From: Casimicrobiaceae bacterium
GTDB taxonomy: Bacteria; Pseudomonadota; Gammaproteobacteria; Burkholderiales; Casimicrobiaceae
Direction of reading: 5' to 3'
Assembly (NCBI GenBank): GCA_040006895.1
Contig: JBDTWB010000001.1
Coordinates: forward strand, 1,802-65,801
DNA: 64,000 nucleotides
Positions 19,250 through 29,200 of this stretch are shown piece by piece (positions within the stretch are counted from its first letter, which is position 1; each line of letters starts with the position of its first letter). The translations under genes were made by a program, and so were the position numbers. Under the pieces are notes generated by a model, which saw only the letters and a program-made list of their open reading frames with translations, made no database searches and was not told the DNA's origin.

Positions 19250-19585
19250 AGCGCGGCGCGCCCGGGGTCGCCGGCGATTCTCGATCCGTTCGCAGCGGGG
19301 TACGGGGGGCGCGAAGCGGAGGCACTCGAAGGCGGCGCGGGGCGGGTTCTCGGGGCGGGTTCTTTCCCCGTCCAACCGACGTGGCGGGTCAGGGAATGCC
19401 GTCCAGCGGCACCGCCGCCGAATTGGCGACGGCATAAAACATGGCGGCATGTTGCGTAAACCGCGAATTCAACGGCAACTTCGCCATTACGGCAAGGTTT
19501 ATGCTCTATGCAGCCCTCTGCCGGCGTGTCAAACTGGCTGCGACGGCAATCCGGACTGCGACGGCGGCCGGGAAGGAGATAGAGC

Positions 19586-19981
19586 GTGGGCGAGCATAAC
19601 CCCCTGTCGGGCGTGAAGGTGATGGTGATCGACGATTCGAACACCATCCGCCGGAGTGCGGAAATCTTCCTGCTGCAGGCCGGATGTACCGTGATCCTGG
19701 CCGAGGACGGGTTCGACGCCCTGGCCAAGATCACCGATCACCGCCCCGAGATCGTCTTCGTCGACATCATGATGCCCCGGCTGGACGGTTACCAGACGTG
19801 CGCCCTCATCAAAAAGAACGGCCGGTTCCAGGGCACCCCCGTGATCATGCTGTCCTCCAAGGACGGTCTTTTCGACCGGGCCCGCGGCCGCATGGTCGGC
19901 TCGGACCAGTACCTCACCAAGCCCTTCACCAAGGAGAGCTTGCTCAAAGCCGTCGCCAATCACGTCAGGACGGCGGCCTAG
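19586..19981 (+). CDS. pilG: CheY-like response regulator PilG
   Basis: VMVIDDS...FVDIMMPRLDGYQ...LTKPF, first gene of the pilGHIJ-chpA order. GTG start preceded by GGAAGGAG. Confidence 0.88.
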   Translation: MGEHNPLSGVKVMVIDDSNTIRRSAEIFLLQAGCTVILAEDGFDALAKITDHRPEIVFVDIMMPRLDGYQTCALIKKNGRFQGTPVIMLSSKDGLFDRARGRMVGSDQYLTKPFTKESLLKAVANHVRTAA

Positions 19982-20033
19982 CCAGACACCCCCAGGCCCG
20001 CTTTTAAGCTCGCCAGTTCCCCAACTCCATACC

Positions 20034-20399
20034 ATGGCCATCAAGACCATCCTCGTCGTCGACGATTCGCCCACCGAGCGGCACATGCTCCGCGACCTGC
20101 TCAGCAAGGCCGGGTTCGCCGTCCTTGCCAGCGAGAACGGCGAGGATGCAATCCGCCAGGCCAAGGCGGAGCTGCCCGACCTCATCCTCATGGACGTGGT
20201 CATGCCCGGACTCAACGGCTTCCAGGCGACGCGCGCCATCAGCCGCGATCCCGAAACCCGGCGCATACCGATCATCATGTGCACCTCGAAGAGCCAGGAG
20301 ACCGACAAGATCTGGGGCATGCGTCAGGGCGCCCGCGATTACGTCGTCAAGCCCGTCAACCGTGACGAGCTCCTGACCAAGATCGCTGCGCTGGGCTAG
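20034..20399 (+). CDS. pilH: CheY-like response regulator PilH
   Basis: ILVVDDSPTE...ILMDVVMPGLNGFQ...VVKP, single receiver domain. Confidence 0.88.
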   Translation: MAIKTILVVDDSPTERHMLRDLLSKAGFAVLASENGEDAIRQAKAELPDLILMDVVMPGLNGFQATRAISRDPETRRIPIIMCTSKSQETDKIWGMRQGARDYVVKPVNRDELLTKIAALG

Positions 20400-20410
20400 C
20401 CGAGACGTCC

Positions 20411-20944
20411 ATGGCACGCGCCGCCAAGCTCGATCTTCGCCAGTTCCAGCAGGAGCTCGCGACCCGGCTGGCGAGCAAGACCACGGCCCAGGTCGAGTCC
20501 TCGCGGCTGGGTGTGGCATGCGGCGGCGAGAACTGGCTGGTACGCCTGGCCGATGCCGCGGAAGTGATCGCGCTACCCCCGGTCGCCTCGGTCCCGCTTA
20601 CCAAGCCGTGGTTCTGCGGAGTCGCGAATGTGCGCGGGAACCTCTACACCGTCATCGATTTCGCCCGGTTCCTGGGGCGCGGTGACGCCCCGGCAGCACC
20701 CGGTGCGGCAGCGCAGAGCCGGCTGGTGGTGTTCGGACCCCGTGTCGGCGAATTGCGCGCGAGCATCGTCGTGCAGCGCGTGCTGGGGCTGCGTAACGTC
20801 ACCGAGCTCGCGCCCGGGTCGCCGGTCGAGGATGCGCCGGCGTGGTACGGCCAGCGATGGATGGATGCAAACGGCAGTGCGTGGCAGGAAATCGACCTCG
20901 CGCGTCTTGCGCAGGATCCCGGATTCCTGCACGTCGGCGCGTAG
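20411..20944 (+). CDS. pilI: CheW-like coupling protein PilI
   Basis: CheW-domain-like sequence (VANVRGNLYTVIDFARFLG) and its position in the cluster. Confidence 0.82.
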   Translation: MARAAKLDLRQFQQELATRLASKTTAQVESSRLGVACGGENWLVRLADAAEVIALPPVASVPLTKPWFCGVANVRGNLYTVIDFARFLGRGDAPAAPGAAAQSRLVVFGPRVGELRASIVVQRVLGLRNVTELAPGSPVEDAPAWYGQRWMDANGSAWQEIDLARLAQDPGFLHVGA

Positions 20945-20980
20945 CCGACCCGCGCACGTCCTTCGGGCAATGGAGAACAC

Positions 20981-23188
20981 ATGGCATCGATTTTGAAATT
21001 GCCGCGGATGCTGAGCGGCGAAAAATCTGCGGTCGCCCTGGCCGCCGGGGGCGCCCTCACCGACGAGGGCGCGCCCACCACGCAGGTACGGATGTCCCAG
21101 GAATATGACCCGCTCGCCCACGTGTCGATGATGGATCAGGTTCGTGCCTCCGCGGCTTCGCCGAGCGCTCCGGCGCCGCTGCCGCTGATCGGCCGCCTCC
21201 CGGTCACCAAGCAGGTGCAGATCCTGCTCGTCCTGATGGTGGTGTTCTTCGCCCTCGCGGGCATCATGCTGTGGCTCGATGCCCGCACATCCGCGCAGCA
21301 CGGCGGAGCCAGTGCCACCGCGACGGAGATGCAAATGCTGTCGCAGCGTCTCGCCCGCAGTACCGCGCTGGCCGCGCAGGGTCAGGTCGGCGCGTTTCCG
21401 GCGGTCAGGGACAGCCGCGATCGCTTTCGCGCCGACCTCGAGGCGCTTGCCAACGGTGGCCCGAGCAAGGGGGTCAATCTCGACGCTACCCGCGACGAGG
21501 ACGTCGTGAAGCTGCTCGCCGACATTCGCACGCGCTGGGATCGCGTCGACGCCAACGCCGAAAAGGTGCTGCAGAACCAGGATGCGCTGCTTGCCTTGTC
21601 GACCGGCCTTGCGACGATCAACCAGGGCAACAACGTACTCCTGGATATCGCCCAGCAGGCGGCGCAGCAGATCGCGCAAGGCGGCGGGACACTGCGCGAG
21701 GTGGACGCCGCGAACCAGCTTGCCGTGCTGTCGCAGCGCATCGCCAAGAACGCCAATGCGCTCGCCTCGGCGGAGGAGATCGACGCCGACGTGGCGTTCC
21801 TGCTCGGCAAGGACACGTCGACGTTTCGCGATCTTGCGGCCGCGCTCCTGAAAGGCAGCGACTCGCTCCGCCTCGCCGCGGTGCGCAACGAGGATGCGCG
21901 CACGAGTATCGGCGAGATCCAGAAGCGTTTCGCGGGCTACGACACCGGGGTCGGCGCCATCCTGAAGAACATGAACCGGCTGTTGACCGCCAAGCAGTCC
22001 GCGCGCGCGGTCAACGGCGACTCGGAAGCGCTCTTGAGCGACACCACCAAGCTGGCGGACGCCTTCGAAAGCGGTGGCCGTGCAGGCGCGTGGGCTGCGC
22101 TCCTGTGCGGTTTGTTCGGTCTTGCTTTCCTCGGCCTCCTCGCCAAGGTGTCGCGCGACGACGCCCGCTCGCGGGCGTTCGCCAGCGAGCACGAGAACAA
22201 GCGCAACCAGGAGGCGATCCTGCGGCTGCTCAACGAAATGGGCAACCTGGCGGATGGCGACCTGACCGTCCAGGCCTCGGTCACCGAGGACGTCACCGGC
22301 GCCATCGCCGATTCGATCAACTTCACCATCGAGGAGCTGCGTACTCTCGTGAAGGGCATCAACTTCGCGACCGACGAGGTGGCGCGCGCCACCCAGGACG
22401 CGCAGGCCATTTCCAATCGGTTGTTCGAGGCGTCGCAGCGGCAGAATCGCGAGATCCAGCAGGCCTCGGCGTCGGTGGTGCAGATGGCGCAGTCGATCGG
22501 TGAAGTCTCACAATCGGCGGCGCAGTCCGCGCGCGTGGCCCAGCAATCGCTTTCGGCCGCCGAGATGGGTGCGCAGTCGGTGCAGAACCAGATCACCGGC
22601 ATGAACGAGATCCGCAGCCAGATCCAGGACACGTCCAAGCGCATCAAGCGCCTCGGCGAGAGCTCGCTGGAGATCGGCGAGATCGTCGAGCTGATCTCCG
22701 ACATTACCGAGCAGACCAACGTGCTGGCACTGAACGCCGCGATTCAGGCCGCTTCCGCGGGCGAGGCCGGTCGTGGATTCACGGTCGTGGCCGAGGAGGT
22801 GCAGCGGCTGGCCGAGCGATCGGCCGAAGCGACCCGCCAGATCGAGGCGATCGTGAAGACCATTCAGGCTGACACGCAGGATGCCGTCGCGGCCATGGAG
22901 AAGAGCACGGTCGGCGTGGTGGAAGGGACGAAGCTATCCGATGCCGCGGGCCAGGCGCTCGAGGAGATCCGCAAGGTGTCGCGCGAGCTCGCATCGCTGA
23001 TCGATGGCATCTCCGCGCAAACCCAGAAGCAGTCGACCTCGGTGAGTGACGTCACCCGAGGGATGCAGGGCATCCTGCGAATCTCGGAAGAGACCACCGA
23101 AGGCACCAAGCAGACCACCGTGTCGATCGGCCAGCTGACCAAGCTCGCGGCGGAACTGCGCAGTTCGGTCGCAGGCTTCAAGCTCTGA
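20981..23188 (+). CDS. pilJ: methyl-accepting chemotaxis protein PilJ
   Basis: Two TM segments flank a periplasmic domain. Conserved MCP signalling hairpin [48 protein letters not shown]. Confidence 0.9.
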   Translation: MASILKLPRMLSGEKSAVALAAGGALTDEGAPTTQVRMSQEYDPLAHVSMMDQVRASAASPSAPAPLPLIGRLPVTKQVQILLVLMVVFFALAGIMLWLDARTSAQHGGASATATEMQMLSQRLARSTALAAQGQVGAFPAVRDSRDRFRADLEALANGGPSKGVNLDATRDEDVVKLLADIRTRWDRVDANAEKVLQNQDALLALSTGLATINQGNNVLLDIAQQAAQQIAQGGGTLREVDAANQLAVLSQRIAKNANALASAEEIDADVAFLLGKDTSTFRDLAAALLKGSDSLRLAAVRNEDARTSIGEIQKRFAGYDTGVGAILKNMNRLLTAKQSARAVNGDSEALLSDTTKLADAFESGGRAGAWAALLCGLFGLAFLGLLAKVSRDDARSRAFASEHENKRNQEAILRLLNEMGNLADGDLTVQASVTEDVTGAIADSINFTIEELRTLVKGINFATDEVARATQDAQAISNRLFEASQRQNREIQQASASVVQMAQSIGEVSQSAAQSARVAQQSLSAAEMGAQSVQNQITGMNEIRSQIQDTSKRIKRLGESSLEIGEIVELISDITEQTNVLALNAAIQAASAGEAGRGFTVVAEEVQRLAERSAEATRQIEAIVKTIQADTQDAVAAMEKSTVGVVEGTKLSDAAGQALEEIRKVSRELASLIDGISAQTQKQSTSVSDVTRGMQGILRISEETTEGTKQTTVSIGQLTKLAAELRSSVAGFKL

Positions 23189-23288
23189 GCCGCGTCGTGA
23201 CCCGGGGAGACGCGGGCGAGCTCGTCCCAGGCGGCGCGCCGCGTCGGCTGCGCGGCGTCCCGGGCTGCGCCGGGGACGGGCCCGCTTC

Positions 23289-26200
23289 TTGCTCGACATA
23301 GCGCTGGGCGAATCCCCGGCTGAACCCCCACCCATCGCAGGAGCGACCCTCGTGGCGCCAGGTGTCAACACCCCACCCGAATTCGACGCAGGACCGCTGT
23401 CCTGGGTTCAGGGCGAGATCGACGAAGCGCTGGCGCGCGGCATCGAGGCGCTCGAGACGTTCGTCGCGAACCCCGGCGATGCAACGTCGCTGCGGCACGC
23501 GCGCACCCACGTGCACCAGGCAGCGGGCGCCGTCCAGATGGTGGGCCTCGATGCGGTCGTGGCGTACACCGACGAGATCGAGCGCCACCTTGGCGCGCTG
23601 GATGGCGCGCCCGCGAATACCGTTGCCGTGGCCGCTGCGCCCGTCAACCGGGCGTGCCGGAAGCTTCGCATCTTCCTGGCGGAGCTGGTCGATGGCGCGC
23701 CGCCCGTCCCGCTCAAGCTCTTCCCCGAATACGAGGCCATGCAGAAGGCGCGCGGCATGGCGACCGCGACTCCGACCGACCTTTTCTATCCCGATCTTTC
23801 GGCGCCTGCGCCGGCGCCACGCCGCGGCGAACCAGGGCTGACCGGCGCCGCCCTGTCGACATTCCTCGTCAACCAGCGACGCAACTTCCAGCGGGGACTG
23901 CTCGGCTGGCTGCGTGGCAGCCGTGACGGTGCGCGGCAGATGCGGGAGACGATCGCCGCGATCGAGCAGGCGACGACGACGCCCAACCTGCGCGCGTTCT
24001 GGTGGAGTGCCGGGGTACTCACGGAAGCGCTCGCGGAACGGGGGATCGAGCCGGACTTTGGCGTGAAGCAGCTTCTCGCCCGGCTCGACCTGCAGATCCG
24101 ACGCCTCGCGGAGGGTTCGGCCAAGGTGGCCGACCGGCTGCGGCGGGAAGTGCTCTACTACGTCGCCATCAGCGGGCCGGTCACCCCCGCCATTGCCGCG
24201 GTGCAGGCCCGCTTCGGGCTGCCCGGGCTCATCCCATCGGCGGAAGTGCTCAACGCCGATCTCGTCCGCATCCAGCCGCACCTGCGCGAAGCCCGCGAGC
24301 AGCTCGGGCAGGCCAAGGAAACGTGGCTCAAGTTCACCTCGGGGCGCGCGGAGAATCTGCCGAAGCTCAAGCAGAACCTCGCCTCGGTGCATCGCCACGC
24401 CACCGAGACACGTGAAGCGGCATTGGCCAAGCTCACTGCCGCGCTGGTCGCGCGCCTCGACCGGATGTCGCCGAGCAACGTCTCGGAGGCGGTGGCGATG
24501 GAATACGCGACCGCGCTCCTGCTGGCCGACAGTGCCTTCCAGAACTTTGGCAAGCTGTCGCCGGAGTTCGGGCAGCAGGTCGAGGTGATGCTGGCGCGGC
24601 TCGACGCCGCCCAGGCATCGCTGCCGTTCCAGGGTGGCGATGGTGCGCCGATGCTCGAGGAGATGTCGCGGCGCGCGCAGGACCGTTTGCTTTTGGCCCA
24701 GGTCGGTCGCGAGATTCGCGCCAATCTCCGCCACATGGAGCAGGTTCTCGACGCGTTCTTCCGCGACCACGGCCGGCGCGAGGAGCTCAAAACCCTTGGC
24801 AAGGATACTGCCCAGATTCGCGGGGCGTTGCGCATGCTCGAGCTCGACGCCGCGGACGAACTGCTCGCGGCCTGCGAGGCTCGCATCACCGCCTACGCGG
24901 ATCCGGAGACGGCCGTCGTCGACGACGACCTGGAGCTCCTCGCGGAATCGTTATCCGGCCTTGGCTTCTACATCGAGGCGGTGGAGCAGCAGCGCGCCGA
25001 CCACGCGCGCCTGATCGGCCCACTCCTCGCCCGGCAACGCGGCGAGACGCCGGTCGCCGCCGAAGTCGTCACGGACTCGGTCGAGATGGCCGTGGCCCAG
25101 CTGCGCACGGCCCTGCCGGCGCTGGTGGAGGAAGTGCGCCGGGTACCGAACGATCGCGTGGCTCGGGAAACCCTGCGGGCGAAGCTTGCGGTGCTGCGCG
25201 ACGATGCCGAGCTCATTGGCGATGTCGAGCTCGTCGTCCGGGCGAAAGCGGCGCTGCACGAGCTCGACGAGGGCGGAACGGCCGGCGCGGCGGTGACGGC
25301 GTTCGCCGAAGCCCCTGCGGTCAATCCCACCCCGGAAGTCTCGCAGGAGACGCAGCGACTCCTCGCACACGACGTCGAGCTCGACGCCGAGCTCCTCGAT
25401 ATCTTCCTTTGCGAGGCCGACGAGGTGCTCGGCACCATCGCCGAGCAGCATCGCATCCTGAGTCACAACCCGGCGGATCGCGAAGCGCTGCGCACCGCGC
25501 GCCGGCAGTTCCACACCCTCAAAGGAAGCGGCCGCATGGTCGGCCTGACCGATCTCGGCGAGATCGCCTACGACGTGGAGAAGATCCACAATCGCCTCCT
25601 GGAGGAGGAGCGCGGCGTCACCCCGGCCGTGCTCGCCCTGCTCGCCGGCGGCGAAGTGGCGTTTCGACAGTGGGTCGGCGAGCTCCGCGCCCGAGGCAGC
25701 GTGCAACCTGATCCGGAGCGCCTGCATGCGGCGATCCGGGAGGTCGAGGCGGAGTTTCCCCGCGGTCGCGACTCGGTGCTGGCGGGCCGCGCTGCGACGC
25801 GTGCAGCATCCGCACCGCCGGCCGTGACGCAGCCGCCGCTGCCCGCGGCCGCGCCCGCTGCCGCAAACGTCACCACGACGGCAATTCCGACCGCTATCGC
25901 GTCGAGCGACGCTGCCGCCGAGCTTTCCGATTCCGATGCCCTGGCCTCGGTACTTGCCGCGTACCGTGGCGCGCAGCTCGATTTTGCGGCCTTGCCGGCG
26001 GCCGCCGCTACCGAGATCGGCGCCCGCGCAGACGCTTCGCCCGCGCAGGATGATGCGCTCCCGCCGGGTCCTGGCGTGTGGGTCGAGGGCTCGGAATCGT
26101 TCGATGGCTTCGGCGAGCCGGTCAAGGCGCTTCGGGGGGAACCGGCGCACCTGTCCGATGCCTTCTCCGCGAGGGCCGGAGGTGCCGAAGCAGGCCGGGC

Positions 26201-29200
26201 GGTCGAGGCGACGAGCTGGTCCGAGTTGGGTGGGCTCGATGACGTGGGTGCGGTAGCGGAGCCGGGAGTTCAGGATCATCGGCCCTACGAACTCTCCGAT
26301 GCCATCGAGGAACTGGATCTCTCCTGGATCGAGCCGTCGGCCGCGGCTGGGTTGCATGTCGGTGAGCCCCCGCCGGTGCGACCTGCGCCGCCCGAGATCC
26401 TGGCGATCGAATGGGCCGATACGCGGTTTGCGGATGAGGCCGCTGCGGATGCGGGTGCCGCGGCGGAGCGGTCGCGCGACCGCCTGCTCGACGTCGCCGC
26501 CGACATGAGCAGGAGCGACGACGGCGGCCGTAATGTCGAGCAGGCGGAGGACGGGGCTCGCGACGAGAGTCTCGCGCGCGACGATGCTGGGGACCTCGAT
26601 TCCTTCGCGTGGCAGGGTTCGGACGATGCTGCGCTGGCCGACGCAGATGCGATCGATCGGACGTTGCAGGCGCGGATCGTCGGGCATCAAACGACCAGCG
26701 CAGCGATGTCGTCCATCGCCGGTGCCGCGATGAACGACGCGGTGGGCGAGGCACAGGATCGCGTGGTGCTTCGCGCCGATGTCGGACACGGGACGGACGA
26801 TGGCCGCGGCGAGGATCGCGGGCCCGATTCGCCGAGCATGGATCTCGATCTCGACGTGGGCGGGACCGCCGACGGGCAGGATGCGACCGAGGCGGATCGC
26901 GCGCCGGCGCCTGGCAGCGCCATTCCTGAGGACGTGGTCCGGTCATTGCGCGAGGATGTCGCCGACCTCGATCTCGATCTCGGTGACGCCGCTGTCGATC
27001 TGCCGGATGCCTCGCCTCCGGAACCGGCTACTGCCATGGTTGCGGAGTCGGGCGCGGATCGCGACGCCGTTTCCGACGACATGACCATCGGCGAAGTCAC
27101 GCTGTCGCGATCGCTCTACGAAATCCTGATCGCCGAGGCCGACGAGCACCTGACCACGCTGGGGCATGAGCTCGCGCTGATGCAGTTCGACCCGGCATAC
27201 GGACTTTCGGCGGCCATGGTGCGCGCCAGCCATACGCTCTGCGGCATCCACCGGACGGGCGGCTTCCCGATAGTGCCCCCGACCGCCAAGGCACTCGAGC
27301 AATGTCTGGTCGCCCTGCAGCGCCGTGGGGAGCCGCTTTCCGAGGCGACCCATGCCGCGCTCGCGCGTGCGATCGACCTGCTCGGCGAGCTCGTCGGCAA
27401 GGTGCGCGACCAGAGACCGTTCGAGCCGGAGGACGTGGCCGAGGGTGACGCCATCCAGGCCGAGCTCGACAACGTCCGTCAGGCCTGCGAGCAAGTCCGG
27501 CCGGAGCAACCGAAGACCGTAGAACCACCGGAAGGCGCGGCGTCCGAAGGCGCGTCGTCCGAAGGGTTCGAGACTGGGCCGTTCGAGTTTGCAGAGCCCG
27601 GGATGGAGCAACTCGAGGACGAGCACGCCACGGCCGAAGAGATTACCGGCATGCTCGCCCCCGCTGCCCGGCAGCTTGCCGGCGAGCACGTGGAAGGTCA
27701 GGGCGGTGCGCGGGCCTTCACCTATGCCGGCGATGGCACCGTCGCGGCTGCCAACGAAGACGTCGCAGCCGGTGCGCCGCGTGCGCACGACAGGGACGCG
27801 GCCGATGGATCGGCCCAAGCGGCTCCCTCCGCGCTCGACCCGGCGCCTGGCGAGGCGATTGCGGCCGCCAGCGCGGTTCACGCGGATGCCGCCGGTGACG
27901 CCTCGATGGACGCCAGCGGCGCCACCGCAGGCCCTGGCCCTATCGCAGAGTCAGGGGGTGCGCACCTGCCCGCCGACGGTGTCGCCGCTGACGACGAACG
28001 CAACCAGGCGGCGGGCGCGATCGAGGTCGACGCTCTGCTCGTCCGGGCTCTGCTCGCGCATTTCGCGGAAGAGGACACCCGGGCGGCGCCGGCGGAAGGA
28101 GCAATCGCGGACGTGAATTCGCCCGCGACCGAGCCTGTAGTCGGCGCGCTTGTGCCCCCGCCGCTCGATGACGAGTCGATCGCGGACGAGCTGGCGCAAC
28201 TCCTCGCCGCGGAATCGGCAACTGGATTGCGTGAAGCACCACACCTGGATGCATCGGAACAGGAACAAACCCTTAGCGAGGAGCTTTCGCTCCGCCAGCC
28301 GGCGCCCGTCGGAAACGTTCCCGGCAACGTTTCGCCCGCGACCGAGCGTGCGGACCACGACAAGCCCGCCGGAGAAGTCGTGCCGCTACCGTCGCCCGTA
28401 GCCGTCGGCGCCGACGCCGGGGTGCCGGGGATGATCGACGTCGAGCGCCTCGTTGCCGATGCGCTGCAGATCGTGCCTGCCGACGCGGAAACGCCGCTCG
28501 ACCAGATCAGCGATGACGTCGATGCGCAACTGCTGCCGATCTTCGTGGAGGAGGCCGAGGAGCTCTTTCCGCAAGCCGGTGAGGAGCTTCGCGCATGGCG
28601 TCGCAACCCCCCCGATGCCACGCATGCCGGCGCGCTGCGCCGCACCTTGCACACGTTCAAGGGCAGCGCCCGCATGGCGGGTGCGATGCGGCTCGGCGAG
28701 CTCGCGCACCGGATGGAATCTCGGCTGTTACGCGGCGACGATCTCGTGCACGGCGACCCGGAGCTGTTCGACGCTCTCGAAGGGGACCTTGATCGCGTCG
28801 CTTTCGTGCTCGACGCATTGCGTGCCGGCCGTACCAACGTCGACCTTCCCTGGCTCGACGCCGCGGCAGCGCCTGCGGGTTCGCCGCCGGCGGATGCCCG
28901 GACGCATGCTGCCGGCAACGGCTCGGCGGCCATGGGTGTGGTGGTTCCGTTGCCGGGGATCGGGTCGGCGCACGCCGACGCGTCCGCCAACGCCGACGTG
29001 GAGTCCGTGCCGGCAGTCGAGCCTGACGCCACCCAGCGCGCGATGCTGCGGGTGCGCGCGGACATCATCGACCGGCTGGTGAACGAAGCAGGTGAAGTGG
29101 CGATCGCGCGAGCGCGGGTGGAAAGCGAGCTTCGTGCGCTCAAGGCCAACCTGCTCGAGCTCACCACGAGCGTGATCCGGATGCGCACCCAGGTGCGCGA

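Noticed and set aside
19441-19456. Sigma-54-like sequence ATGGCGGCATGTTGCG upstream of pilG. It also forms a 6-bp inverted repeat AACATG/CATGTT at 19438-19453.
   Set aside because: The GG to GC spacing is one nucleotide short of the strict -24/-12 geometry, so it is unlikely to be an RpoN promoter. The inverted repeat could still be an operator, but I have no supporting evidence.
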